Assembly (NCBI GenBank): GCA_964016885.1
Contig: OZ024744.1
Coordinates: 5,146,001 to 5,210,000 of the forward strand
Source of the DNA: Eledone cirrhosa
Lineage: Eukaryota
Direction: 5' to 3'
DNA: 64,000 bases
Position numbers and translations under genes: made by a program. Below the pieces are notes generated by a model. That model was not told where the DNA came from and ran no database searches. It saw only the letters and a list, made by a program, of their open reading frames with translations. Shown in pieces: positions 13,200 to 26,200 of the stretch; positions within the stretch are counted from its first letter, which is position 1; the number at the start of each line of letters is the position of its first letter.

Positions 13200-16100
13200 C
13201 TATCTTGGTAGACAGTGGTGTTGGTAGCAGAGGTCTATCTTGGTAGACAGTGGTGTTGGAAGCAGAGGTCTATCTTGGTAGACAGTGGTGTTGGTAGCAG
13301 AGGTCTATCTTGGTTGACAGTGGTATTGGTAGCAGAGGTCTATCTTAGTAGACAGTGGTGTTGGTAACAGAGGTCTATCTTGGTAGACAGTGGTGTTGGT
13401 AGCAGAGGTATATCTTGGTAGACAGTGGTGTTGGTAGCAGAATCTATCTTGGTAGACAGTGGTGTTAGTCGCAGAGGTCTATCTTGGTAGACAGTGAGGT
13501 TGGTAGCAGAGGTCTATCTTGGTAGACAGTGGTGTTGGTAGCAGAGGTCTATCTTGGTAGACAGTGATGTTGGTAGAAGAGGTCTATGTTGGTAGAAAGT
13601 GAGGTTGGTAGCAGAGGTCTATCTTGGTAGACAGTGGTGTTGGTAGCAGAGGTTTATATTGGTAGACAGTGGTGTTGGTAGCAGAGGTTTATCTTGGTAG
13701 ACATTGAGGTTGGTAGCAGAGGTCTATCTTGGTAGACAGTGGTGTTGGTAGCAGAGGTCTATGTTGGTAGACAGTGGTGTTGGTAGCAGAAGTCTATCTT
13801 GGTAGACAGTGGTGTTGGTAGCAGAGGTCTATATTGGTAGACAGTGGTGTTGGTAGCAGAGGTCTATCTTGGTAGACAGTGAGGTTGGTAGCAGAGGTCT
13901 ATCTTCGTAGACAGTGAGGTTGGTAGCAGAGGTCTATCTTGGTAGACAGTGGTGTTGGTAGCAGAGGTCTATGTTGGTAGACAGTGAGGTTGGTAGCAGA
14001 GGTCTATCTTGGTAGACAGTGAAGTTGGTAGCAGAGGTCTATCTTGGTAGACAGTGAGGGTGGTAGCAGAGGTCTATCTTGGTAGACAGTGGTGTTCGTA
14101 GCAGAGGTCTATCTTGGTAGACAGTGGTGTTGGTAGCAGAGGTCTATCTTGGTAGACAGTGAGGTTGGTAGCAGAGGTCTATCTTGGTAGACAGTGGTGT
14201 TGGTAGCAGAGGTCTATCTTGGTAGACAGTGGGGTGGGTAGCAGAGGTCTATCTTGGTAGACAGTGGTGTTGGTAGCAGAGGTCTATCTTGGTAGACAGT
14301 GGTGTTGGTAGCAGAGGTCTATGTTGGTAGACAGTGGTGTTGGTAGCAGAGGTTAATCTTGGTAGACAGTGGTGTTGGTAGCAGAGGTCTATCTTGGTAG
14401 ACAGTGGTGTTGGTAGCAGAGATCTATCTTGGTAGACAGTAGTGTTGGTAGCAGAGGTCTATGTTGGTAGACAGTGGTGTTTGTAGCAGAGGTCTATGTT
14501 GGTAGACAGTGGTGTTGGAAGCAGAGGTCTATCTTAGTAGACAGTGGTGTTGGTACATAGGTCTATGTTGGTAGACAGTGAGGTTGGTAGCAGAGGTCTA
14601 TATTGGTAGACAGTGAGGTTGGTAGCAGAGGTCTATCTTGGTAGACAGTGAGGTTGGTAGCAGAGCTCTATCTTGGTAGAAAGTGGTGTTGGTAGCAGAG
14701 GTCTATGTTGGTAGACAGTGGTGTTGGTAGCAGAGGTTTATCTTGGTAGACAGTGGTGTTGGTAGCAGAGGTCTATGTTGGTAGACAGTGGTGTTGGTAG
14801 CAGAGGTATATCTTGGTAGGCAGTGGTGTTGGTAGCAGAGCTCTATCTTGGTAGACAGTGGTGTTGGTAGCAGAGGTCTTTCTTGGTAGACAGTGGTGTT
14901 GCTAGCAGAGGTCTATGTTGATAGAAAGTGAGGTTGGTAGCTGAGGTCTATGTTGGTAGACAGTGGTGTTGGTAGCAGAAGTCTATCTTGGTAGACAGTG
15001 AGGTTGGTAGCAGAGGTCTATCTTGGTAGACAGTGGTGTTGGTAGCAGAGGTCTATCTTGGTAGACAGTGGTGTTGGTAGCAGAGGTCTATCTTGGTAGA
15101 CAGTGGTGTTGGTAGCAGAGGTCTATCTTGGTAGACAGTGGTGTTGGTAGCAGAGGTCTATCTTGGTAGACAGTGGTGTTGCTAGCAGAGGTCTATCTTG
15201 GTAGACAGTGGTGTTGGTAGCAAAGGTCTATGTTGATAGACAGTGAGGTTGGTAGCAGAGGTCTATCTTGGTAGACAGTGAGGGTGCTTGCAGAGGTCTA
15301 TGTTGGTAGACAGTGGTGTTGGTAGCAGAGGTCTATCTTGGTAGACAGTGAGGTTGGTATCAGAGGTCTATCTTGGTAGACAGTGAGGTTGGTAGCAGAG
15401 GTCTATGTTGGTAGACAGTGGTGTTGGTAGCATAGGTCTATCTTGGTAGACAGTGGTGTTGGTAGCAGAGGTCTATGCTGGTAGACAGTGGTGTTGGTAG
15501 TAGAGGTCTATCTTGCTAGACAGTGGTGTTGGTAGCAGATATCTATCTTGGTAGACAGTGGTGTTGGTAGCAGAGGTCTATCTTGGTAGACAGTGGTGTT
15601 GGTAGCAGATATCTATCTTGGTAGACAGTGGTGTTGGTAGCAGAGGTCTATGTTGGTAGACAGTGGTGTTGGTAGCAGAGATCTATCTTGGTAGTCAGTG
15701 GTGTTGGTAGCAGAGGTCTATCTTGGTAGACAGTGGTGTTGGTAGCAGAGGTCTATCTTGGTAGACAGTGGTGTTGGTAGCAGAGGTCTATGTTGGTAGA
15801 AAGTGAGGTTGGTAGCAGAGGTCTATGTTGGTAGACAGTGGTGTTGGTAGCAGAGGTCTATCTTGGTAGACAGTGGTGTTGGTAGCAGAGGTCTATCTTG
15901 GTAGACAGTGGTGTTGGAAGCAGAGGTCTATCTTGGTAGACAGTGGTGTTGGTAGCAGAGGTCTATCTTGGTTGACAGTGGTATTGGTAGCAGAGGTCTA
16001 TCTTAGTAGACAGTGGTGTTGGTAACAGAGGTCTATCTTGGTAGACAGTGGTGTTGGTAGCAGAGGTATATCTTGGTAGACAGTGGTGTTGGTAGCAGAA

Positions 16101-18400
16101 TCTATCTTGGTAGACAGTGGTGTTAGTCGCAGAGGTCTATCTTGGTAGACAGTGAGGTTGGTAGCAGAGGTCTATCTTGGTAGACAGTGGTGTTGGTAGC
16201 AGAGGTCTATCTTGGTAGACAGTGATGTTGGTAGAAGAGGTCTATGTTGGTAGAAAGTGAGGTTGGTAGCAGAGGTCTATCTTGGTAGACAGTGGTGTTG
16301 GTAGCAGAGGTTTATATTGGTAGACAGTGGTGTTGGTAGCAGAGGTTTATCTTGGTAGACATTGAGGTTGGTAGCAGAGGTCTATCTTGGTAGACAGTGG
16401 TGTTGGTAGCAGAGGTCTATGTTGGTAGACAGTGGTGTTGGTAGCAGAAGTCTATCTTGGTAGACAGTGGTGTTGGTAGCAGAGGTCTATATTGGTAGAC
16501 AGTGGTGTTGGTAGCAGAGGTCTATCTTGGTAGACAGTGAGGTTGGTAGCAGAGGTCTATCTTCGTAGACAGTGAGGTTGGTAGCAGAGGTCTATCTTGG
16601 TAGACAGTGGTGTTGGTAGCAGAGGTCTATGTTGGTAGACAGTGAGGTTGGTAGCAGAGGTCTATCTTGGTAGACAGTGAAGTTGGTAGCAGAGGTCTAT
16701 CTTGGTAGACAGTGAGGGTGGTAGCAGAGGTCTATCTTGGTAGACAGTGGTGTTCGTAGCAGAGGTCTATCTTGGTAGACAGTGGTGTTGGTAGCAGAGG
16801 TCTATCTTGGTAGACAGTGAGGTTGGTAGCAGAGGTCTATCTTGGTAGACAGTGGTGTTGGTAGCAGAGGTCTAACTTGGTAGACAGTGGGGTGGGTAGC
16901 AGAGGTCTATCTTGGTAGACAGTGGTGTTGGTAGCAGAGGTCTATCTTGGTAGACAGTGGTGTTGGTAGCAGAGGTCTATGTTGGTAGACAGTGGTGTTG
17001 GCAGCAGAGGTTAATCTTGGTAGACAGTGGTGTTGGTAGCAGAGGTCTATCTTGGTAGACAGTGGTGTTGGTAGCAGAGATCTATCTTGGTAGACAGTAG
17101 TGTTGGTAGCAGAGGTCTATGTTGGTAGACAGTGGTGTTTGTAGCAGAGGTCTATGTTGGTAGACAGTGGTGTTGGAAGCAGAGGTCTATCTTAGTAGAC
17201 AGTGGTGTTGGTACATAGGTCTATGTTGGTAGACAGTGGTGTTGGTAGCAGAGGTCTATATTGGTAGACAGTGAGGTTGGTAGCAGAGGTCTATCTTGGT
17301 AGACAGTGAGGTTGGTAGCAGAGCTCTATCTTGGTAGAAAGTGGTGTTGGTAGCAGAGGTATATCTTGGTAGGCAGTGGTGTTGGTAGCAGAGCTCTATC
17401 TTGGTAGACAGTGGTGTTGGTAGCAGAGGTCTTTCTTGGTAGACAGTGGTGTTGCTAGCAGTGGTCTATGTTGATAGAAAGTGAGGTTGGTAGCTGAGGT
17501 CTATGTTGGTAGACAGTGGTGTTGGTAGCAGAAGTCTATCTTGGTAGACAGTGAGGTTGGTAGCAGAGGTCTATCTTGGTAGACAGTGGTGTTGGTAGCA
17601 GAGGTCTATCTTGGTAGACAGTGGTGTTGGTAGCAGAGGTCTATCTTGGTAGACAGTGGTGTTGGTAGCAGAGGTCTATCTTGGTAGACAGTGGTGTTGG
17701 TAGCAGAGGTCTATCTTGGTAGACAGTGGTGTTGCTAGCAGAGGTCTATCTTGGTAGACAGTGGTGTTGGTAGCAAAGGTCTATGTTGATAGACAGTGAG
17801 GTTGGTAGCAGAGGTCTATCTTGGTAGACAGTGAGGGTGCTTGCAGAGGTCTATGTTGGTAGACAGTGGTGTTGGTAGCAGAGGTCTATCTTGGTAGACA
17901 GTGAGGTTGGTATCAGAGGTCTATCTTGGTAGACAGTGAGGTTGGTAGCAGAGGTCTATGTTGGTAGACAGTGGTGTTGGTAGCATAGGTCTATCTTGGT
18001 AGACAGTGGTGTTGGTAGCAGAGGTCTATGCTGGTAGACAGTGGTGTTGGTAGTAGAGGTCTATCTTGCTAGACAGTGGTGTTGGTAGCAGATGTCTATC
18101 TTGGTAGACAGTGGTGTTGGTAGCAGAGGTCTATCTTGGTAGACAGTGGTGTTGGTAGCAGATATCTATCTTGGTAGACAGTGGTGTTGGTAGCAGAGGT
18201 CTATGTTGGTAGACAGTGGTGTTGGTAGCAGAGATCTATCTTGGTAGTCAGTGGTGTTGGTAGCAGAGGTCTATCTTGGTAGACAGTGGTGTTGGTAGCA
18301 GAGGTCTATCTTGGTAGACAGTGGTGTTGGTAGCAGAGGTCTATGTTGGTAGAAAGTGAGGTTGGTAGCAGAGGTCTATGTTGGTAGACAGTGGTGTTGG
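13200..18400. repeat. Tandem duplication of a ~2.66 kb (~76-monomer) higher-order unit
   Basis: AGTCGCAG at 13467 and 16125, CTTCGTAG at 13903 and 16561, and GGTACATAGG at 14552 and 17210 are all offset by 2,658. The first copy has three extra monomers near 14700-14800. Confidence 0.85.
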
Positions 18401-21400
18401 TAGCAGAGGTCTATCTTGGTAGACAGTGATGTTGGTAGAAGAGGTCTATGTTGGTAGACAGTGAGGTTGGTAGCAGAGGTCTATCTTGGCAGACAGTGAG
18501 GTTGGTAGCAGAGGTCTATGTTGGTAGACAGTGGTGTTGGTAGCAGAGGTCTATGTTGGTAGACAGTGGTGTTGCTAGCAGAGGTCTATCTTGGTAGACA
18601 GTGGTGTTGGTAGCAGAGGTCTATCTTGGTAGACAGTGGTTTTGGTAGCAGAGGTCTATATTGGTAGACAGTGGTGTTGGTAGTAGAGGTCTATCTTGGT
18701 AGACAGTGGTGTTGGTAGCAGATGTCTATCTTGGTAGACAGTGGTGTTGGTAGCAGAGGTCTATCTTGGTAGACAGTGGTGTTGGTAGCAGAGGTCTATG
18801 TTGGTAGACAGTGGTGTTGCTAGCAGAGGTCTATCTTGGTAGACAGTGGTGTTGGTAGCAGAGGTCTATCTTGGTAGACAGTGGTTTTGGTAGCAGAGGT
18901 CTATATTGGTAGACAGTGGTGTTGGTAGCAGATGTCTATCTTGGTAGACAGTGGTGTTGGTAGCAGAGGTCTATCTTGGTAGGCAGTGGTGTTGGTAGCA
19001 GAGGTCTATCTTGGTAGACAGTGGTGTTGGTAGCAGAGGTCTATGTTGGTAGACAGTGGTGTTGGTAACAGAGGTCTATCTTGGTAGACAGTGGTGTTGG
19101 AAGCAGAGGTCTATCTTGGTAGACAGTGGTGTTGGTAGCAGAGGTCTATCTTGGTAGACAGTGTTATTGGTAGCAGAGGTCTATCTTGGTAGACAGTGGT
19201 GTTGGTAACAGAGGTCTATCTTGGTAGACAGTGGTGTTGGTAGCAGAAGTATATCTTGGTAGACAGTGATGTTAGTAGAATAGGTCTATGTTGGTAGAAA
19301 GTGAGGTTGGTAGCAGAGGTCTATCTTGGTAGACAGTGGTGTTGGTAGCAGAGGTTTATATTGGTAGACAGTGGTGTTGGTAGCAGAGGTCTATCTTGGT
19401 AGACATTGAGGTTGGTAGCAGAGGTCTATCTTGGTAGACAGTGGTGTTGGTAGCAGAGGTCTATGTTGGTAGACAGTGGTGTTGGTAGCAGAGGTCTATC
19501 TTGGTAGACAGTGGTGTTGGTAGCAGAGGTCTATATTGGTAGACAGTGGTGTTGGTAGCAGAGGTCTATCTTGGTAGACAGTGAGGTTGGTAGCAGAGGT
19601 CTATCTTGGTAGACAGTGAGGTTGGTAGCAGAGGTCTATCTTGGTAGATAGTGGTGTTGGTAGCAGAGGTCTATGTTGGTAGACAGTGAGGTTGGTAGCA
19701 GAGGTCTATCTTGGTAGACAGTGAGGGTGGTAGTAGAGGTCTATCTTGGTAGACAGTGGTGTTGGTAGCAGAGGTCTATGTTGGTAGACAGTGGTGTTTT
19801 TAGCAGAGGTTAATCTTGGTAGACAGTGGTGTTGGTAGCAGAGGTCTATCTTGGTAGACAGTGGTGTTGGTAGCAGAGGTCTATCTTGGTAGACAGTGGT
19901 GTTGGTAGCAGAGGTCTATCTTGGTAGACAGTGGTGTTGGTAGCAGAGGTCTATCTTGGTAGACAGTGGTGTTGGTAGCAGAGGTCTATGTTGGTAGACA
20001 GTGAGGTTGGTAGCAGAGGTCTATGTTGGTAGACAGTGGTGTTGGTAGCAGAGGTCTATCTTGGTAGACAGTGGTGTTGGTAGAAGAGGTCTATGTTGGT
20101 AGACAGTGAGGTTGGTAGCAGAGGTCTATCTTGGTAGACAGTGAGGTTGGTAGCAGAGGTCTATCTTGGTAGACAGTGGTGGTGGTAGCAGAGGTCTATC
20201 TTGGTAGACAGTGGTGTTGGTAGCCGAGGTCTATCTTGGTAGACAATCAGGGTGGTAGCAGAGGTCTATGTTGGTAGACAGTGGTGTTGGTAGCAGAGGT
20301 CTATGTTGGTAGACAGTGGTGTTGGTAGCAGAGGTCTATCTTGGTAGACAGTGGTGTTGGTAGCAGAGGTCTATCTTGGTAGACAGTGGTGTTGGTAGCC
20401 GAGGTCTATCTTGGTAGACAATCAGGGTGGTAGCAGAGGTCTATGTTGGTAGACAGTGGTGTTGGTAGCAGAGGTCTATGTTGGTAGACAGTGGTGTTGG
20501 TAGCAGAGGTCTATCTTGGTAGACAGTGGTGTTGGTAGCAGAGGTCTATCTTGGTAGACAGTGCTTTTGGTAGCAGAGGTCTATATTGGTAGACAGTGGT
20601 GTTGGTAGCAGAGCTCTACCTTGGTAGACAGTGGTGTTGGTAGCAGAGGTCTATCTTGGTAGACAGTGGTGGTGGTAGCAAGGTCTATCTTGGTAGACAG
20701 TGGTGTTGGTAGCAGAGGTCTATGTTGGTAGACAGTGGTGTTGGTAGCAGAGGTCTATCTTGGTAGACAGTGGTGTTGGTAGCAGAGGTTTATCTTGGTA
20801 GACAGTGGTGTTGGTAACAGAGGTCTATCTTGGTAGACAGTGGTGTTGGTAGCAGAGGTCTATCTTGGTAGACAGTGGTGTTGGTAGCAGATGTCTATCT
20901 TGGTAGACAGTGGTGTTGGTAGCAGAGGTCTATCTTGGTTGACAGTGGTGTTGGTAGCAGAGGTCTATCTTGGTAGACAGTGGTGTTGGTAGCAGAGGTC
21001 TATCTTGGTAGACAGTGGTGTTGGTAACAGAGCTCTATCTTGGTAGACAGTGGTGTTGGTAGCAGAGGTCTATCTTGGTAGACAGTGGTGTTGGTAGCAG
21101 ATGTCTATCTTGGTAGACAGTGGTGTTGGTAGCAGAGGTCTATCTTGGTTGACAGTGGTGTTGGTAGCAGAGGTCTATCTTGGTAGACAGTGGTGTTGGT
21201 AGCAGATGTCTATCTTGGTAGACAGTGGTGTTGGTAGCAGAGGTCTATGTTGGTAGACAGTGGTGTTGGTAGCAGAATCTATCTTGGTAGACAGTGGTGT
21301 TGGTAGCAGAATCTATCTTGGTAGACAGTGGTGTTGGTCGCAGAGGTCTATCTTGGTAGACAGTGAGGTTGGTAGCAGAGGTCTATCTTGGTAGACAGTG

Positions 21401-22210
21401 GTGTTGGTAGCAGAGGTCTATCTTGGTAGACAGTGGTGTTGGTAGCAGAATCTATCTTGGTAGACAGTGGTGTTGGTCGCAGAGGTCTATCTTGGTAGAC
21501 AGTGAGGTTGGTAGCAGAGGTCTATCTTGGTAGACAGTGGTGTTGGTAGCAGAGGTCTATCTTGGTAGACAGTGATGTTGGTAGAAGAGGTCTATGTTGG
21601 TAGAAAGTGAGGTTGGTAGCAGAGATCTATCTTGGTAGACAGTGGTGTTGGTAGCAGAGGTATATCTTGGTAGACAGTGGTGTTGGTAGCAGAGGTCTAT
21701 ATTGGTAGACAGTGGTGTTGGTAGCAGAGGTCTATGTTGGTAGAAAGTGAGGTTGGTAGCAGAGGTCTATCTTGGTAGACAGTGGTGTTGGTAGCAGAGG
21801 TCTATCTTGGTAGGCAGTGGTGTTGGTAGCATAGGTTTATATTGGTAGACAGTGGTGTTGGTAGAAGAGGTCTATGTTGGTAGACAGTGGTGTTGGTAGC
21901 AGAGGTCTATCTTGGTAGACATTGAGGTTGGTAGCAGACATCTATCTTGGTAGACAGTGGTGTTGGTAGCAGAGGTTTATCTTGGTAGACATTGAGGTTG
22001 GTAGCAGAGGTCTATCTTGGTAGACAGTGGTGTTGGTAGCAGAGGTTATCTTGGTAGACATTGAGGTTGGTAGCAGAGGTCTATCTTGGTAGACAGTGGT
22101 GTTGGTAGCAGAGGTCTATGTTGGTAGACAGTGGTGTTGGTAGCAGAGGTCTATCTTGGTAGACAGTGGTGTTGGTAGCAGAGGTCTATCTTGGTAGACA
22201 GTGGTGTTGG
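16125..22210. repeat. Higher-order block A, copy 2
   Basis: Same ordered markers as 1-6085 at offset 16,124. The match ends where copy 1 reads GGTAATAG (~6086) and this copy reads GGTAGCAGAGGTATATC (~22210). The true left edge is probably further left, because copy 1 is cut by the window. Confidence 0.9.
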
Positions 22211-22329
22211 TAGCAGAGGTATATCTTGGTAGACAGTGGTGTTGGTAGCAGAATCTATCTTGGTAGACAGTGGTGTTGGTAGCTGAGGTCTATCTTGGTA
22301 GGCAGTGGTGTTGGTAGCAGAGGTCTATC

Positions 22330-25300
22330 TTGGTAGACAGTGAGGTTGGTAGCAGAGGTCTATCTTCGTAGACAGTGAGGTTGGTAGCAGAGGTCTATCT
22401 TGGTAGACAGTGGTGTTGGTAGCAGAGGTCTATGTTGGTAGACAGTGAGGTTGGTAGCAGAGGTCTATCTTGGTAGACAGTGAAGTTGGTAGCAGAGGTC
22501 TATCTTGGTAGACAGTGAGGGTGGTAACAGAGGTCTATCTTGGTAGACAGTGGTGTTGGTAGCAGAGGTCTATCTTGGTAGACAGTGAGGTTGGTAGCAG
22601 AGGTCTATCTTGGTAGACAGTGGTGTTGGTAGCAGAGGTCTATCTTGGTAGACAGTGGGGTGGGTAGCAGAGGTCTATCTTGGTAGACAGTGGTGTTGGT
22701 ATCAGAGGTCTATCTTGGTAGACAGTGGTGTTGGTAGCAGAGGTCTATGTTGGTAGACAGTGGTGTTGGTAGCAGAGGTTAATCTTGGTAGACAGTGGTG
22801 TTGGTAGCAGAGGTCTATCTTGGTAGACAGTGGTGTTGGTAGCAGAGATCTATCTTGGTAGACAGTAGTGTTGGTAGCAGAGGTCTATGTTGGTAGACAG
22901 TGGTGTTTGTAGCAGAGGTCTATGTTGGTAGACAGTGGTGTTGGAAGCAGAGGTCTATCTTAGTAGACAGTGGTGTTGGTACATAGGTCTATGTTGGTAG
23001 ACAGTGAGGTTGGTAGCAGAGGTCTATATTGGTAGACAGTGAGGTTGGTAGCAGAGGTCTATCTTGGTAGACAGTGAGGTTGGTAGCAGAGCTCTATCTT
23101 GGTAGAAAGTGGTGTTGGTAGCAGAGGTCTATGTTGGTAGACAGTGGTGTTGGTAGCAGAGGTTTATCTTGGTAGACAGTGGTGTTGGTAGCAGAGGTCT
23201 ATGTTGGTAGACAGTGGTGTTGGTAGCAGAGGTATATCTTGGTAGGCAGTGGTGTTGGTAGCAGAGCTCTATCTTGGTAGACAGTGGTGTTGGTAGCAGA
23301 GGTCTTTCTTGGTAGACAGTGGTGTTGCTAGCAGAGGTCTATGTTGGTAGAAAGTGAGGTTGGTAGCTGAGGTCTATGTTGGTAGACAGTGGTGTTGGTA
23401 GCAGAAGTCTATCTTGGTAGACAGTGAGGTTGGTAGCAGAGGTCTATCTTGGTAGACAGTGGTGTTGGTAGCAGAGGTCTATCTTGGTAGACAGTGGTGT
23501 TGGTAGCAGAGGTCTATCTTGGTAGACAGTGGTGTTGGTAGCAGAGGTCTATCTTGGTAGACAGTGGTGTTGGTAGCAGAGGTCTATCTTGGTAGACAGT
23601 GGTGTTGGTAGCAGAGGTCTATCTTGGTAGACAGTGGTGTTGCTAGCAGAGGTCTATCTTGGTAGACAGTGGTGTTGGTAGCAAAGGTCTATGTTGGTAG
23701 ACAGTGAGGTTGGTAGCAGAGGTCTATCTTGGTAGACAGTGAGGGTGCTTGCAGAGGTCTATCTTGGTAGACAGTGGTGTTGGTAGCAGAGGTCTATCTT
23801 GGTAGACAGTGAGGTTGGTATCAGAGGTCTATCTTGGTAGACAGTGAGGTTGGTAGCAGAGGTCTATGTTGGTAGACAGTGGTGTTGGTAGCATAGGTCT
23901 ATCTTGGTAGACAGTGGTGTTGGTAGCAGAGGTCTATGTTGGTAGACAGTGGTGTTGGTAGTAGAGGTCTATCTTGCTAGACAGTGGTGTTGGTAGCAGA
24001 TGTCTATCTTGGTAGACAGTGGTGTTGGTAGCAGAGGTCTATCTTGGTAGACAGTGGTGTTGGTAGCAGATATCTATCTTGGTAGACAGTGGTTTTGGTA
24101 GCAGAGGTCTATGTTGGTAGACAGTGGTGTTGGTAGCAGAGGTCTATCTTGGTAGTCAGTGGTGTTGGTAGCAGAGGTCTATCTTGGTAGACAGTGGTGT
24201 TGGTAGCAGAGGTCTATCTTGGTAGACAGTGGTGTTGGTAGCAGAGGTCTATGTTGGTAGAAAGTGAGGTTTGTAGCAGAGGTCTATGTTGGTAGACAGT
24301 GGTGTTGGTAGCAGAGGTCTATCTTGGTAGACAGTGGTGTTGGTAGAAGAGGTCTATGTTGGTAGACAGTGAGGTTGGTAGCAGAGGTCTATCTTGGCAG
24401 ACAGTGATGTTGGTAGCAGAGGTCTATGTTGATAGACAGTGGTGTTGGTAGCAGAGGTCTATGTTGGTAGACAATGGTGTTGCTAGCAGAGGTCTATCTT
24501 GGTAGACAGTGGTGTTGGTAGCAGAGGTCTATCTTGGTAGACAGTGGTTTTGGTAGCAGAGGTCTATATTGGTAGACAGTGGTGTTGGTAGTAGAGGTCT
24601 ATCTTGGTAGACAGTGGTGTTGGTAGCAGATGTCTATCTTGGTAGACAGTGGTGTTGGTAGCAGAGGTCTATCTTGGTAGACAGTGGTGTTGGTAGCAGA
24701 GGTCTATCTTGGTAGACAGTGGTGTTGGTAGCAGAGGTCTATCTTGGTAGACAGTGTTGTTGGTAGCAGAGGTCTATCTTGGTAGACAGTGGTGTTGGTA
24801 GCAGACATCTATCTTGGTAGACAGTGGTGTTGGTAGCAGATGTCTATCTTGGTAGACAGTGGTGTTGGTAGCAGAGGTCTATCTTGGTAGGCAGTGGTGT
24901 TGGTAGCAGAGGTCTAACTTGGTAGACAGTGGTGTTGGTAGCAGAGGTCTATGTTGGTAGACAGTGGTGTTGGTAACAGAGGTCTATCTTGGTAGACAGT
25001 GGTGTTGGAAGCAGAGGTCTATCTTGGTAGACAGTGGTGTTGGTAGCAGAGGTCTATCTTGGTAGACAGTGTTATTGGTAGCAGAGGTCTATCTTGGTAG
25101 ACAGTGGTGTTGGTAACAGAGGTCTATCTTGGTAGACAGTGGTGTTGGTAGCAGAAGTATATCTTGGTAGACAGTGATGTTAGTAGAATAGGTCTATGTT
25201 GGTAGAAAGTGAGGTTGGTAGCAGAGGTCTATCTTGGTAGACAGTGGTGTTGGTAGCAGAGGTTTATATTGGTAGACAGTGGTGTTGGTAGCAGAGGTCT

Positions 25301-26200
25301 ATCTTGGTAGACATTGAGGTTGGTAGCAGAGGTCTATCTTGGTAGACAGTGGTGTTGGTAGCAGAGGTCTATGTTGGTAGACAGTGGTGTTGGTAGCAGA
25401 GGTCTATCTTGGTAGACAGTGGTGTTGGTAGCAGAGGTCTATATTGGTAGACAGTGGTGTTGGTAGCAGAGGTCTATCTTGGTAGACAGTGAGGTTGGTA
25501 GCAGAGGTCTATCTTGGTAGACAGTGAGGTTGGTAGCAGAGGTCTATCTTGGTAGATAGTGGTGTTGGTAGCAGAGGTCTATGTTGGTAGACAGTGAGGT
25601 TGGTAACATAGGTCTATCTTGGTAGACAGTGAGGTTGGTAGCAGAGGTCTATCTTGGTAGACAGTGAGGGTGGTAGCAGAGGTCTATCTTGGTAGACAGT
25701 GGTGTTGGTAGCAGAGGTCTATGTTGGTAGACAGTGGTGTTTTTAGCAGAGGTTAATCTTGGTAGACAGTGGTGTTGGTAGCAGAGGTCTATCTTGGTAG
25801 ACAGTGGTGTTGGTAGCAGAGGTCTATCTTGGTAGACAGTGGTGTTGGTAGCAGAGGTCTATCTTGGTAGACAGTGGTGTTGGTAGCAGAGGTCTATGTT
25901 GGTAGACAGTGAGGTTGGTAGCAGAGGTCTATGTTGGTAGACAGTGGTGTTGGTAGCAGAGGTCTATCTTGGTAGACAGTGGTGTTGGTAGAAGAGGTCT
26001 ATGTTGGTAGACAGTGAGGTTGGTAGCAGAGGTCTATCTTGGTAGACAGTGAGGTTGGTAGCAGAGGTCTATCTTGGTAGACAGTGGTGGTGGTAGCAGA
26101 GGTCTATCTTGGTAGACAGTGGTGTTGGTAGCCGAGGTCTATCTTGGTAGACAATCAGGGTGGTAGCAGAGGTCTATGTTGGTAGACAGTGGTGTTGGTA
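22330..26200. repeat. Further, more diverged copy of the first ~4 kb of block A
   Basis: The ordered markers CTTCGTAG (22364), GTACATAGG (~22979), GAGGGTGCTTGC (~23741), TTAGTAGAATAGG (~25180), GTTTTTAGC (~25740) and AATCAGGG (26153) follow the same order as in ~400-4200. Confidence 0.8.
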
